A stretch of 64,000 bases of DNA from Octopus sinensis. Lineage: Eukaryota. Numbering within the stretch: position 1 is the first letter of the stretch; every line of letters starts with the position of its first letter. The notes under the pieces are model-generated. The model had not been told where the DNA came from. It searched no databases and was given only the letters and a program-made list of their open reading frames with translations. A program made the translations under genes and the position numbers. Where the stretch lies: positions 45,570,001-45,634,000 of the forward strand of contig NC_043010.1 of assembly GCF_006345805.1 (NCBI RefSeq), read 5' to 3'. Of this stretch, positions 23,861 to 36,533 are shown piece after piece.

Positions 23861-25274
23861 GCCTCATAACATTCAACAAATAGGTCAGTAAAATCAGTAA
23901 CAGGCTGAAGAAAGTACTGGGGGTTAATATGAACCACTATCTTTCTTCATTCAGTTTGTGATATGAAATACAAAGGTTCAGAATTTTTCTCTTGTCTTGC
24001 TTTTGACATTGTTGAAATGTCCATTCTCTAATTCAGCAATGTTTTGAAAACATTCTATATCATATTATTGCTTTATATAAGTTGGATTGGTATTCCTGTT
24101 AGAAAATGACAAATTTGAGATAAGAGTCTCTGTCAGTCAGTACTTTAGATATCATATTTTATATTTGTTTATACCATTTATCATTATAAGATTTGACTAT
24201 AAATCTGATTATCCATCATCCTTTGCTTGTGATATTCACTGTAACACAAGATATATCAGATGATTGTTAAATACTAAGTAAAATTAATAGTGTGTTCCAC
24301 AAATATTTCAAAACCTTTTCACTCCAAATTGTAACTCTTTATAAATTTTAATGCCATACCATTTCAATAAACATCAGAATAAATTATAAATCTCAATAAT
24401 TCAAAGTGACTGCTTACAATGGTCACATTTTTTGTTTTTCTAAAAGCGCTTAATGAAATGTAGTTGACTTAAAAAGAATCTACATATCTTGCCTATAAAG
24501 TAGTTTACTTATAAGTATGAATATCCATTCATCCAACTTCTCCATCCACTATTCTTGGGAGGGTCGGTGTGAGAGTCCTCAAGTACTTCCTCCATCAGGT
24601 TCTGTCAGAGGCAATTGTCATTAGATTTTCTGGCTAGATTTCCTAGCACAACCAATCAAGACTATGAATATTGTCCAAGCATTTTGTTTTTGGTCTACCC
24701 CTGGGTCTTTTAAAACTGAAAATGTTTCTTTTGTGAGTTTTAAGTGCATAGTGAAAAAAAAAAAAAAATGACCAAAATCGTTTTGGGGCGATGATGGGGT
24801 GCTGGGAGTGGAAAACAAATTTTCCAATTTTTTTTTTTTTTTGTGAAAAGATGCCTCCCATCATTCTGAAAACTTTGGTGAAAAATACTGGAAAAATCCC
24901 TGTCAAAACTGAGTAATTCCAATTTATGTGGGCCATCTGATCTGAAACTCTGTTTTCCAGAAACTCCTCCCCACCCCGCCCCCTTCCAAAAATGTTGCTG
25001 ACAAATTTCTTTGTAATCGTAGCCTACGCCATTTGAAAGGCATTTGTATAAAATTTCATTAAAAAGTACCTATTTTCCAGAAAGTTATGAGACGGAAAAT
25101 CTCAGGTCCTGTGAATTTTCCGAAACTCCTCTCTCCAACATCTCAGAAAAGTTTTTCCAACAAATTTTTACATACACTCAATCTACAGGATATAAGCGAT
25201 TATTTGGTGACAGTTTCGTTAAAAGGTATCCATTTTTTTGGAAGTTTTGAGGCAACAAAGTTGGTTAGGTTTTA

Positions 25275-25421
25275 AACTGTAGTTATGCCTTTTTTCAATA
25301 AAAGTTAATGTTACTGGATTAATGTTGACTTCTGTTAGATTTTCAAAGAATTAATGGATTAACTTTTTGGTTAACAGATTAATGATTAACGAAGTTAACT
25401 TTTTGATTAATAGTGCCCACT
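25275..25421. mobile_element. One terminus of a hAT-like DNA transposon with TTAAC-rich subterminal repeats
   Basis: Ends ...GAAGTTAACTTTTTGATTAATAGTGCCCACTTCTG; I did not find the partner terminus. Confidence 0.4.
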
Positions 25422-25639
25422 TCTGGTCATCATCATCATCATCATCTACAAAACATGCATACTATTACTGATTTCTTACCTACTAAATGCTATTAACTCA
25501 TACACTTAAGATTTCATATCATTTCATCTACGAAGCATGATGCTTATGTAATTAGCTAAACTACTTTTTTCAATAGGCAAGTCCTTAGAAGGGTTTGGTA
25601 AATTCAATTGCTGTGTGAAGAGCGAGGATCAGACTTTTA

Positions 25640-26160
25640 CAGCAGTTTAGTTTAAAAAATGCTAGTTAATAAGATTGCTATAGCGAGAGGTGAGTGAGCA
25701 AAGGAGGAGGTATTTAAGGTCAGAAGTCTGACACATGAGGTAGATACGTGAAAAGGGAAGAAGTCAAAACTAAAAAAGTACTTGCACTCTACCTCTTCCG
25801 CAATCTAGGCAGAAGGAAGAGATGGTGTTCAGGTCAAGAAGGGAGGGGCAGGTGGAGGAGTAAAGAGGTGGGAAACAAAGGGTGTGCACATCCAAAAAGC
25901 TATTAAAAAATATTTAAAAAGTATTTAGTAGAAAAATTGAAGATATAGGGAAAAAGGCTTGCAAGAAGCGGTGTGAATGGGGTTGCTAGTTGACCATAAG
26001 AGGAGGAAGTTAAGAATGGGAGAAAGAAGGTATAGTGAACCAAAGCTATAAACAAGGCTTAAGTGGAAGCCTAGAGAAAAGGTCAGGAAAGAAAGAAAAA
26101 GAAATGATGGCAGAAAGAGTAGAAACTAAAGAGGAAGACTTCTTGGAGAAAATAAGAGGT
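25640..26160 (-). mobile_element. CR1/L2-like LINE 3' remnant
   Basis: Minus strand reads LPRLRKR*SASTFLVLTSSLFTYLPHV, resembling the CR1-group C-terminal LPR.RT..SFF.RT..LWNSLP motif. Confidence 0.45.
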
Positions 26161-26339
26161 CCAGTGATCTACTAGCATGCAGTCAAAATAGCAACATCAT
26201 TTTCACTCTCTTTTTAACTCTCAACAAAAGGGGAGAGTCTGGAACATTATATTCTTTATACTTCACATCAATTGAATTTATCAGTTTGTTTCATGGTCTC
26301 TCTTGCAGACTAATTGTTGTTCTGGATTTCAGATTTTAT

Positions 26340-27100
26340 TCTATGATATCACTATGTTGATCAGACTGTTGGATGTTGTTGTACACTGCTGGTCATAATG
26401 TATTTCCAATTTTTTCTTGATTGTGCCATTATTTTTCTTCATTTCGATCCAAATCATGTAACTAAATCATCTTCCCATCGTCATGGAGACCTTCTGAGTG
26501 GCCCTTTCTAATCTTTTGCATAGCACTCAGCAATTGCACACCCCACTTTGTTGTCTCTGTGAAACTTGCCACATGTCTGGCCCTGTGGAACTTGAGCTTT
26601 CAGTATTCTGCAAACATGTCATTCACTCTGCTCTGTTTTTGAATTACCTTACTTCCTAATTTCAGATATTCTTTCGCAATGACATTCCTAGCATGGATCT
26701 TTCTATGTCCCTTTGCATCATAGTCAATCAGTGTTCTTCCTTCTGTGTGTCTTGCTTGCATATAAGAGTGTAGGTCGTCCAGTTTCTGTAGATTTTATTG
26801 ACCATGTTTTGCTGACACTCAACATATAAAGTATATCATGTCAATCATTAATTTTTGTATTCGATATCTTATTCTTGAGACTTTAACCATCACTTAAGTT
26901 AGCATTGTCTTATCCCTAAATTTTAATAAACTGATCTTACTGGAGTTTCCTTCCTTGCTTATTGACTTTAAACAACCATCCTCACTTGCAGAAGGAGTTT
27001 TTACCTACTAATTGCTTGCATAATCTCAATTGATCAGTTCTCTATATTATGTTTGTGAGAACCTTCTGTATTAGTATTTAGCATACTGTCTGTTTCTCTG
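26340..27100 (-). mobile_element. Decayed RTE-1-like LINE 3' region
   Basis: Minus strand reads QRDIERSMLG, SRVNDMFAEY*KLKFHRARHVASF and KRPLRRSP*RWEDDLV (with frameshifts). Confidence 0.75.
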
Positions 27101-28674
27101 ATACATTTTTCTTTAACATTCACAAACGTACTTGTCTTCCCTCAAGGATAGCTTGCAGAGGAGTGGACTTTGTTGGACCGTGTATAATAATATACACTAC
27201 ATAAAGACAAACTCTTCAAAAATATTACAAAAATCCAATGGATTATGGAACACCCAAACGAAAATATGTTCATAAATGAACATTAACTGTATTCAAGTAG
27301 TGTAATTTTCAATAGACTGAATGAGATACTTACTTAAACATTGTAATAGAAAATGTCTTCAGTAAATTACTTTTCAGTTTGTAGTTTCATTCCAACTCCT
27401 CTTGTATTTTAAATTCAAACACTCAGGATCTGACTTTGTTTTTCATTACACCAGGGTTGATAAAAATTACCAGTCGTGAACTGGGGTTGATTTCAACAAT
27501 TATACCCCTTTTACTTTTTTTCTCTACTATTTGTGTGTTACTGTCTTGAACCAATGTGAGAAATCAATTTTTAATCAACACAATTGTTAACTTTTGGCAC
27601 ATACTTTGGATAATTAAGATAATTTCAAATGGGTCTATAAAATTCTTTTCGTGATTGATGTAATGCTTCAATTTATTTTTAATGCTAAACCATGTGATGA
27701 ATGAGAAATATTGTAAATTTTTTTATTTAAAAAAAAAAGTTTTCATCATCGTCCATTCTGACAATTGTTCAATTCTTCAAATTTTGTTTTCTTCCTTTCA
27801 TTTGTTAGACAATTCTGTCTAGTTTTATTTGGCATGACTCCAAATACACATGGCACTAGCATAATGAATATCTGTTTTGATTGCACAATGGGTGTGGTAA
27901 ATGTTTATGCATCTTATGTATCAGAGCATGTATGACTGAAGCAGATATTTTTCAGCTGGATGCCATTCATGGAATCAACTGCTTTTATGTGGAAAAGAAA
28001 AGTAAAAAAAAAATGAAAACGAAAGTGTTGATTAAAGAGATAATGGAATTGTTATAACAAACAGGAAAGGAATTGCTGTTAAAATAATTGTTTAAAAAAA
28101 TGTATATTTCAATATCTTATTTCTCTTATACAGTTGGAATAAATAAAATAAATTGCTTACTATTCCTTAATTAGGTATTATTCAACAGTGACTTAGAGTG
28201 AATGCATCTAAGTTCTAGCAAGTTAATCTGTAGTTGCTTCTAATTGTTTTCCCTATGCACATGGGTGGATATAATGTAGTTTTGTAAGCATGTGAAGCAC
28301 TCCCCATTTATACAATGCCTCTACTGCTTACACTAATGAATTGTCAATGTGATCTGTTTGCATTTAGGTGAATTTTGCCAGTGATGTAGGTACAGTTTCT
28401 TCATAAGGCCTGCATTTGACTGATTTTGACAGCTGTAACTTGCACAGCATTCTACATATGATTGAGCTCAGTAAAACCTAAAAGAATTTAGAATGTTTAT
28501 AGTAATTTTTCATGTAGGCATACAGTTTTTAGGCATGCAAATTATGACTGTTTGTAACTTTGGTACAAAGCCACAAATTTTTTTAAGGTCTGTAGCTAAT
28601 TAATTGGTACCATATTTGACTAGTTATTTCATCAATCACCAAAAGATGAACAACAAAGTAGATGAGATTTTGTG

Positions 28675-28720
<46 letters not shown>

Positions 28721-28723
<3 letters not shown>

Positions 28724-29084
28724 CTGGGGAGAGTCATTCTCTTTTAGTGCATTATTATGTAACACACTCACCAGTTAAGTTTCCACTCATTTACTTATTC
28801 ATTTTTTTCTAAAATTTTCATTGCGTCATGCAACCTTTTCAGTAGTCATTGACTTTGTCTATTATCCGAGTTGCATTCTTTTTGTTTGTTTGTGTGCATG
28901 TGTGTGGGTCAGTGTGCATGTACAGACACATTATGTATGTATGTATGTATGTATATACACATACGCATGCATACATACACATACACACACATACATGCAT
29001 ACACACATAAGTAAATGAGTGGAAACTTAACTGGTGTGTGTGTTAAATAATAAGGCAGTAAAAGAGAATGACTCTCCCCAGACA
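28721..29084. repeat. 77-bp inverted repeat (arms 28721-28797 and 29008-29084), probably Penelope-like pseudo-LTR ends
   Basis: Arms differ at only 4 of 77 positions by manual alignment; spacer about 210 bp with CA/TA microsatellite. Confidence 0.9.
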
Positions 29085-29165
29085 CAACAAAATATGCTTC
29101 AACACACAAACTAAATCCAAAAACCATATATATATATATATATATAATATATATATATATACACA

Positions 29166-30026
29166 CAGGGTGGGTGAATATATTGTTGTCTATATTATGC
29201 AAAAATGAAAATGACACTGACTTCTAATTTTAACAGATATATTTACCAAAATTACATAAAAATGTCTTGAAATACTAAGAGTAAATTTATTCAATAAAAT
29301 CGCCATTGGCTTCAAACACGGCCTCCAGATAGATGATTTTGGAATCTCCTGCAACTCTTCTGGATGGTCTCTTTGTGAATGCTGCCATAATTCTGCCTTC
29401 AGTTCATCTTTGATGTTATAAGGAGTTTTGTTGGTCTCTTGCTCAACTGCACTCACACATAATCAAGGGGATTGCAGTCTGGGAGTTAGGTGGCCAGATA
29501 TCAACCGGTTAATGTGATTGCAGAAATTGTCTGACAGCCATGACTGGGTTCTCCTTCTTGTGTGGCATGGTGCAGAATCCTGTTGCCAAACATAAGGTCT
29601 TCCAGCAGTCACTCTCTTGACCCAGGGCAGCACTACCTCCTCCAGGCACTTGATGTAGGCCTCCATGTTGAGTCTGAGGCTGTGTGGAAAGATGAATGGA
29701 GGATAGCATCAACATCACTAGTGATCATTCCAAACACCATGATGTTGACCAGATGTTTGGTTTTTATCATTCAGATTGCACTGTCCTCAGACTGATACCC
29801 AAACACTCTGAAATGTTAGTACTGGTGCTTATGGTGTGAATACTAAGCTGTACAGCATGTCGTTTCCAAATTTCTGGCAAAGTGAATTGCATCATGGTAC
29901 TGTTTTTCTCACAGGTGGTGCCCAACTGACCCTATTATACTGTGTAGTCAACAAAATCAAAAACAAACAATGCACATGCACAAAGTTAAGAATATAAAAT
30001 GGCAACAATTTACCCATTGCACACTG
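29166..30026 (-). mobile_element. Second internally deleted DD37D Tc1/mariner copy
   Basis: The ORF at 29463-29666 reads EAYIKCLEEVVLPWVKRVTAGRPYVWQQDSAPCHT; TIR-like ends CAGGGTG / CACACTG; collinear with 5345-6293. Confidence 0.9.
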
Positions 30027-30028
30027 TT

Positions 30029-30068
<40 letters not shown>

Positions 30069-31361
30069 AGTGTGTTTGTGTACACACGCATTAATAAAAT
30101 CAATGACAAAAATGCAGAAATTGTGTAATCGCATTAATTTGCATACATCTGTTTCTTGTTATAATGAATGGTGCATCCAGTGGTGCAATGTCTTATAGCT
30201 TCATCATAGGCATATATATTTGTGTATGCATGTGTAATTGTGCATGTATATCATCATTTCTTGCTATCTGCATCAGAATGCACACCAACGCAAGGTAGTT
30301 GCGTCCATGATATTCGATCTTTGGCAAGAGCATTCAGAGAAGCTGCATCATGACCTATAAACATGCTGTGATGTTTTCTCTCTATCTCTGAGGCTGCTTA
30401 CCTCTGTCTCTTTTTTTCATTAATGATACAGAGTGCTCAGTCAGAATCTGCATCTTTCTTCTTTGATATTGAATATATGGGTTGGTTTTAAGAGAATTGT
30501 TTATCTCTATAAGGACTTTAAGGATGGAATAATTCCTTTATTTTATTTTATTCTAATTTATTTTATTTTTCTCTTGTTGCTTTTTTCTTGTCTCAAACAT
30601 TGTTTGCCATATATCTGCAGTTAGTTCTAAGTTTAATTATGGAATTTAAAAATTCTTAACATATTTTGTTGACATTCCTAATCATGCACTGTTGGTTGTG
30701 TTCCCTATGCCTGTTGTTTGTTGAACCCTATAAAACCACAGAAGGCTTCAATACTAGAAGAACAAAATTATGAATTGCAATTCTGACACTGTAAGATGCC
30801 ACAACCGTGCATTCATACATAGATGCTTACATTCAAACGAGCCAACAAAGGAATCTCTGTAGTTACTCAATTAGTAGGAACAGCAGGGAAAATGCACTAT
30901 TTTTTCTGAAATAAAGTGAACATTGGCTAATGTAGTTCTCTATACTCACCAAAAGATAAGGTGGTCACGTTTGAATTGTTTTTGAACAGACCTCTATTTG
31001 ATTGGGCCTAACCTAAAGCAACAACAAATATACGCACACAAATATGATTTCTATGCAAAATATTTATTGAAATTGTGACATAATATCAATTTCTCATTTG
31101 TTTCTGTTTTGGTGCTAATGTTTTTTAGGAAGAGACAACATCACAAACTTTTTCACATTGTTTATATGTTTATGAGCTATAAAGTAAAAAAAAAACAAGT
31201 ATTTTTCTTTGCAATAACTAAAATAAAAACTATATAGAAACTGTATAGTAAATAATAAAAAAAAATCTGTATGACAATGTAACACTTACTTACAACTATC
31301 ACACAATATCAAAACAAGGAAGCAGTAACATACAAATACACATGCTCCCAAACATATATAT

Positions 31362-31474
31362 TTGGGCTTCTTTCAGTTTCCATCTACTATAAGGTTTTGG
31401 CTTGGACCTATAGTTGGAGACACTTGCCTGAACTAAACCCAAAACCTGTGGTTGGGAGGCAAACTCCTTACCAT
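31362..31474 (-). mobile_element. S1 SINE head fragment
   Basis: GGGCTTCTTTCAGTTTCCATCTAC...GACACTTGCC. Confidence 0.7.
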
Positions 31475-31699
31475 GAATTGCACTCGAGTAAAATATTCAC
31501 AACTTTTACTAGTGGTATATCTCACAATTTCTGGTAATCATTCTGGGAACCAAATAATACTTAATTATTGAACAGTTACTGGTTTCTCTTAGACTCAAAT
31601 ATGATCCACATTAGAATATTTTCTCATAAAATAACATAGATCATACATAAACATTTTTGGTCACATCTCCTTCCTATCAATTAATTGATGATCTCTCCC

Positions 31700-31930
31700 A
31701 TTAACATGTTACAATCACTAGCTTTTTTCTCTCCTGCCATTTCTGCCATTAACACAACAAGCTAAGTGGCATTCCACCAAAGCCTACCTGGTACATACAA
31801 CTCTCCTCTTGCCAGCATCTATACTATATATCACTCCCTAGACCTTGTTCTAAACCCAGAATTGCAATCTCCTAAGACTCTTTCCCAGCTTACATTTTTC
31901 TTACTATATTGAGAATTTCATCAGTCTGGT
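31700..31930 (+). mobile_element. Possible CR1/L2-like LINE 3' remnant
   Basis: Reads SLPRPCS..PRIAIS*DSFPAYIF, weakly similar to the 43060-43310 remnant. Confidence 0.3.
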
Positions 31931-32956
31931 AATGCGTGCAAAACTTTTGTGCACTGTAAATTTTACTATATAATTAATGCACAAAAATTCTGCTAAATTG
32001 TTCCAGATGTTTTGATGCTGTAATCTTTATAAGGATCCTTTTCCTCTTCATCATCACATTGTTATTGTTAATGCTGCTTTCAATGCTGGCATCTCTTCAC
32101 AGCTATTCCTCAAAATCCTTTTCCAATACAACTTTAATTTGCTTATCTAACTTTTCTAACAGCTGACGTACAATTATGGGTGTGGTAATATTCTTTGTCA
32201 AACTCATATTACTGACGTTTGTTGTTGTTTGGTCTGTATCAGCTTTGATTGAGCCAACCTATTGTTAAAGGCTTTCCAGCTGTAACCATCCCATCTTTTT
32301 CCATATCTAAGTTTACATTGTCCAATGTGTCCTTCCTTATTTAAGATGGCAGGAAGAGGCATGTCAAGCCAATACACAGAGACTCTCTTGTTTGCTTGTC
32401 ATAATTAACATATGTTTATTAGCTAGAATAATTTCATTTCTGATTAGAATATTCTTGAAAACTTCACAATTTTTCTTTAGTTGTTATTCTAAATCTATGT
32501 GGAAACTATTTCTATAGTTGACTCTTGAATCTGTGAATAGATTATTAGTGAACTCTTATTATCTGAATCTCCTTACTGAATATATTAGTTTTTTCTTTCA
32601 TGTTGCTACAAGGCTCAGATTTGTGGAGGGGGCATGAAAGTGTAAGGTTGATCAAATTGAATTTCAGTATATTGCAGGTGCTTATATCTCTCACAGAAAG
32701 ATGGGAGGGTCTGAACATGAAATGCAGAGAGAGAAAACTAAATACTGCAAGGCATTTCATTTGCTGCTTGGTCCTTTTTACTTCTCCACCACTTTCTACA
32801 ATGTTTCTTGCTGGAAATAATAGCCAACTCTTTATCACATCCCATACTATGATTTTGAAAATGGAAGGACACATTGGGTTATTTAACCCAAGGTTATTCT
32901 ATCTGAAAAAATAGGCTGGTCAAGCAGTTTTCTTTTGTCACTTATAAATTGTTTAC

Positions 32957-32986
32957 ATACATACATACATACATATATATATATAT

Positions 32987-33020
<34 letters not shown>

Positions 33021-33046
33021 ATATATATATAATATATATATATATA
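32957..33046. repeat. (TACA)n followed by interrupted (TA)n microsatellite
   Basis: Directly visible. Confidence 0.95.
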
Positions 33047-34162
33047 AAGACAGAATTGTTTTCAAGAAATACTGAATCGAGTCACACTTGCTATATTTTG
33101 GAATATTGATCTATAATGTTTATCTTGAACATTTTGTTATCATGTAATATGCCCTTATATCTATATTAATAACCAGCATGTTATTTCTCGGCTGTATTGC
33201 AAATTGATTTATCTGTTTGACTTGACATTGTATTGTGAGACTTACCAGCTCTGATGCAAACATTTACTTAAGAAAGCATGCATGCATGCACACAAGCTTA
33301 TGCATGCACACACACATGCATAAACAATTTTTGAAAGTTCTAACTACTTTGTGCACTTAACAACTTCTAATCAGACAACAATGGTATTTCAGTCTGCCCT
33401 GAGCAATAACAGTTTGTTAAATTCTATTGGTATCTTGTATTAGTTGGTATTTTCAGTTTAATGAAATATAAGAAGCCCTTGTAAACTTCTATAGTTCCAA
33501 CAGAGAGCTTTGCTCACATAAAGTCTTATGATATTGTTTCTAAATACCAAAAAGTTTATAGAACTATGTAACTTGTATAGATAAGAATATGAATAAAGAT
33601 ATAGAAACTTTGTCTTTGATTCACTTGTAAAGTTGTGTACATAACTCATCCAATATAAATAAAACTATAAAATTTTGGAATATTTAGCAAAATGTGATTT
33701 TCTGAAAATAGAAAAAAGCATTAAAATGTATTAGATATTGAATTCTTTTCAAACTCATTTTAGAATGGTAGTGAAAGAATTTATAATATAGCCAGGCAAT
33801 TTTGTCAGTATAGTTCTATCATGGCACATTCTCTCTGCTAAAGCTGAGTGTAAGAAAATAAAACACTCATGAATTTTATAATACTATCACTGCATAAAGC
33901 TGCACAGTATCCCACCCTGTGGTGTTTAATTGCAGCCAGGTTTTTATTGTAAATGTTTTGTCCTTACACAGTGGTGGTACTTGCTAACAGCCCGATGGGT
34001 TGGGTCGTTGAAAGTTAAGTGATTTTTCCATAGACACAGTACTATACTGGTGATAGGATAATGAAGTTACAACCCCTTGGTTGGGTGACCAATGTTATAT
34101 TTGTATGATAATCAAAGATATTAAATGATTAATAGGTTTGTAGTCTTGCAAACTGCAAGATG

Positions 34163-34357
34163 GCCTCATTGGTGCTGGTGGGATGTAAAAAGTACCCTGT
34201 ACATGTTGTAAAGTGGATGGCATTAGGAAGGGTATCTAACCATAGAAACTATGCCAAAGCAGACATTAGAGCATTACACAGTCCTTGGGCCCACTGGATC
34301 CTGTCGAATTACCCAATCCATGTAGCATGGAATATGGAGTTAAATGATGATGATGGT
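34163..34357 (+). mobile_element. RTE-tailed non-autonomous fragment
   Basis: GGCATTAGGAAGGG..CATGGAATATGGAGTTAAATGATGATGATG. Confidence 0.75.
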
Positions 34358-35819
34358 GTATATTTTCTTTTTTAATTTTGAAATTAGTATCTTTCTCATG
34401 TATTTAGAATCTACCACCAATTCATCCTAAACTTGGTGATTAATTAGAAATTCATGAGAATGAAGAAACTAGAATAAACGATTCCTTAAATAGTTGTGTT
34501 CACAACACATTAAAGAAGTAATTTTGATATCTTTGGACATGTCTAATTATGTATTTAGTTAAGACCATGAAATATGCTTTTGGAGAGAGATTTAAATAAA
34601 TAGTTTTTGACCCAAATAAACTTGGTTATAAATTTAATTATTATTAAAAGCATACTTATTGCTATAAAATATCTTTCTGCTCTGAAAATGTTGATACTGT
34701 ATGAAATTTCACGGCTTAGGCTGGCCATGGATTATATTATGACTGCTTTTCTATCATAAATTAACTTGAAAATCTCTTGGTGAATCCATGACTCAGAATT
34801 ATTTCAGGTCAGTTGTGTTACTAATGCCATTTGGGAAGACATGACCTTCAAAAATTTTTATTCCACTTCCCATTAATAATCTAGCTTTAAAAATGTTGCT
34901 TGTTGTGGTAGCTGGGGATTGAAATGAGCTTACACAAAATCAACTGCTTGTGAAATCAACTGAAAGCATCTATTTATACATTACATACTTGTTTCTGAAA
35001 CTAATATTCTTCAGAATCTTTTTTATAATTATCTCTCTACCACATCTTTGCTTTACTTTACGTGAAATATTATTGACAGAAATGAGGAACTTAGTATTTT
35101 ACCTTTTGTAGAAACAGAAAAATAATACTGTGGACTTAGTTGAGTATTGGCAATTTAGATTTATTTAAAATGTTATTTGCAATGAACCTGTCATGAAATG
35201 ATGATATATTTTCATTTAAATTATAAGTATTTTTAATGGATTTCATATTACTAACATATAAATAACCTCATATAGGCTTCATCTGGCAGCAACTCAAACT
35301 AATGTAGTAGCATATAAATTTTCCTAAATTAACATGCGTAGGACTGCTCTCACATCTGCATAATTTGCTGAAGCAGTTAATTACTTATTTTTATGTTTAC
35401 TATGTGAGTTAGAACTGCAGCAGAATGTGTTTTGTCTAGAGCATAACTTAATAACTGTATACTGTTAAAAGTCAGTAGTTGTTTGCTCGAAGTCATCCAA
35501 GTTAAATTAGCCCATCATTGCCTGATGGCATAGTCTAATGGACCATTATCATGATCACTTTATAGAGTCATCTAACATGCCATAGGTTTTCTTAACTGGA
35601 GCTAACTGGCACTAACAAATTATAACAAATTTATCTTAGTAATTGTTAAATTTAGAAGCAAAGTGGTAGTTTAATACTATATGACAAGAGGGTAGAACAG
35701 AATAGAAATAGTATTTAATTTGCTCCTGTATTTGTGAGTTCAAGGATTGCACTTTTTGTAGTTGCCTTTTATCTTGTCCCTTGGTGTTAATCAGTTATCA
35801 ATTTGATTGCATTGCTCAA

Positions 35820-36306
35820 CTAATTAGGAAGAGAGTTAGACTAGGTGAGATGCAATTTGGTTGTGCGCCAAGGAGAAATACACATGATGCTCTCTTCCTA
35901 GTTAGGCAACTATAGAAGTATTTAGCCTTTGCTCCCTGATCTGGTGGTTTTCATGGAAGCTAAGAGTAGATGAACGGCTGGAGAGAGCCATCCAAACTAA
36001 GTACAGATATCAGTAAGTTGAAAATTAACAATGAGTATAGTGATAAAGCGTGCAGGTAGGAGTTCTCACAGTCCTCTTGGCCTAACAGAGGAGTTTAGGA
36101 TCAGTTGCTTATGGATACCCCTCTAAACTGATGACATTGTTTTTATAGCTGAATCAGAAAATTGGCCCTGTTTTTCTATGACATCTAGTCATAGAAACCT
36201 TGCCAAAGCAGACATTGGAGTCCAATGCAATCCCTTGGCTTGTCAGATTCTGTTGAACCAGCCTACCTGTGCCAACATGGAATATGGACATTAAATGATG
36301 ATGATG
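35820..36306 (+). mobile_element. Deleted RTE LINE: RT fragment joined to a 3' tail
   Basis: Reads LIRKRVRLGEMQFGCAPRRNTHDALFLVRQL (RT), then degenerate LTEEFR.. and (Y)ADD-IVFIAES; (GAT)n tail at ~36295-36306. Confidence 0.8.
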
Positions 36307-36313
36307 TGAGGCC

Positions 36314-36533
36314 AAGGCAACTTGCTGGCAGAATCATAAACATGCCAGACTATATGCTTAGTGGTATTTCGTCTGTCTTCCTTTTCTGAGTTCAAATGTC
36401 ACTGAGATTGATTTTTTTCCTTTCATCCTTTTGGGGCTCGATAAAATAAGTACCAGCTGAACACTGGGGTTGATGTAATCAAATTAACTCCTCACTCTAA
36501 GTTGCTGGCCTTGTGCCAAAATTTGAAATTAAT
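36314..36533 (+). mobile_element. S2 Meta-domain-type SINE
   Basis: GCTGGCAGAATC head, CTGAGTTCAAAT B-box-like motif, CCTTTCATCCTTTTGGGG..GATAAAATAAGTACCAG core. Confidence 0.85.
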
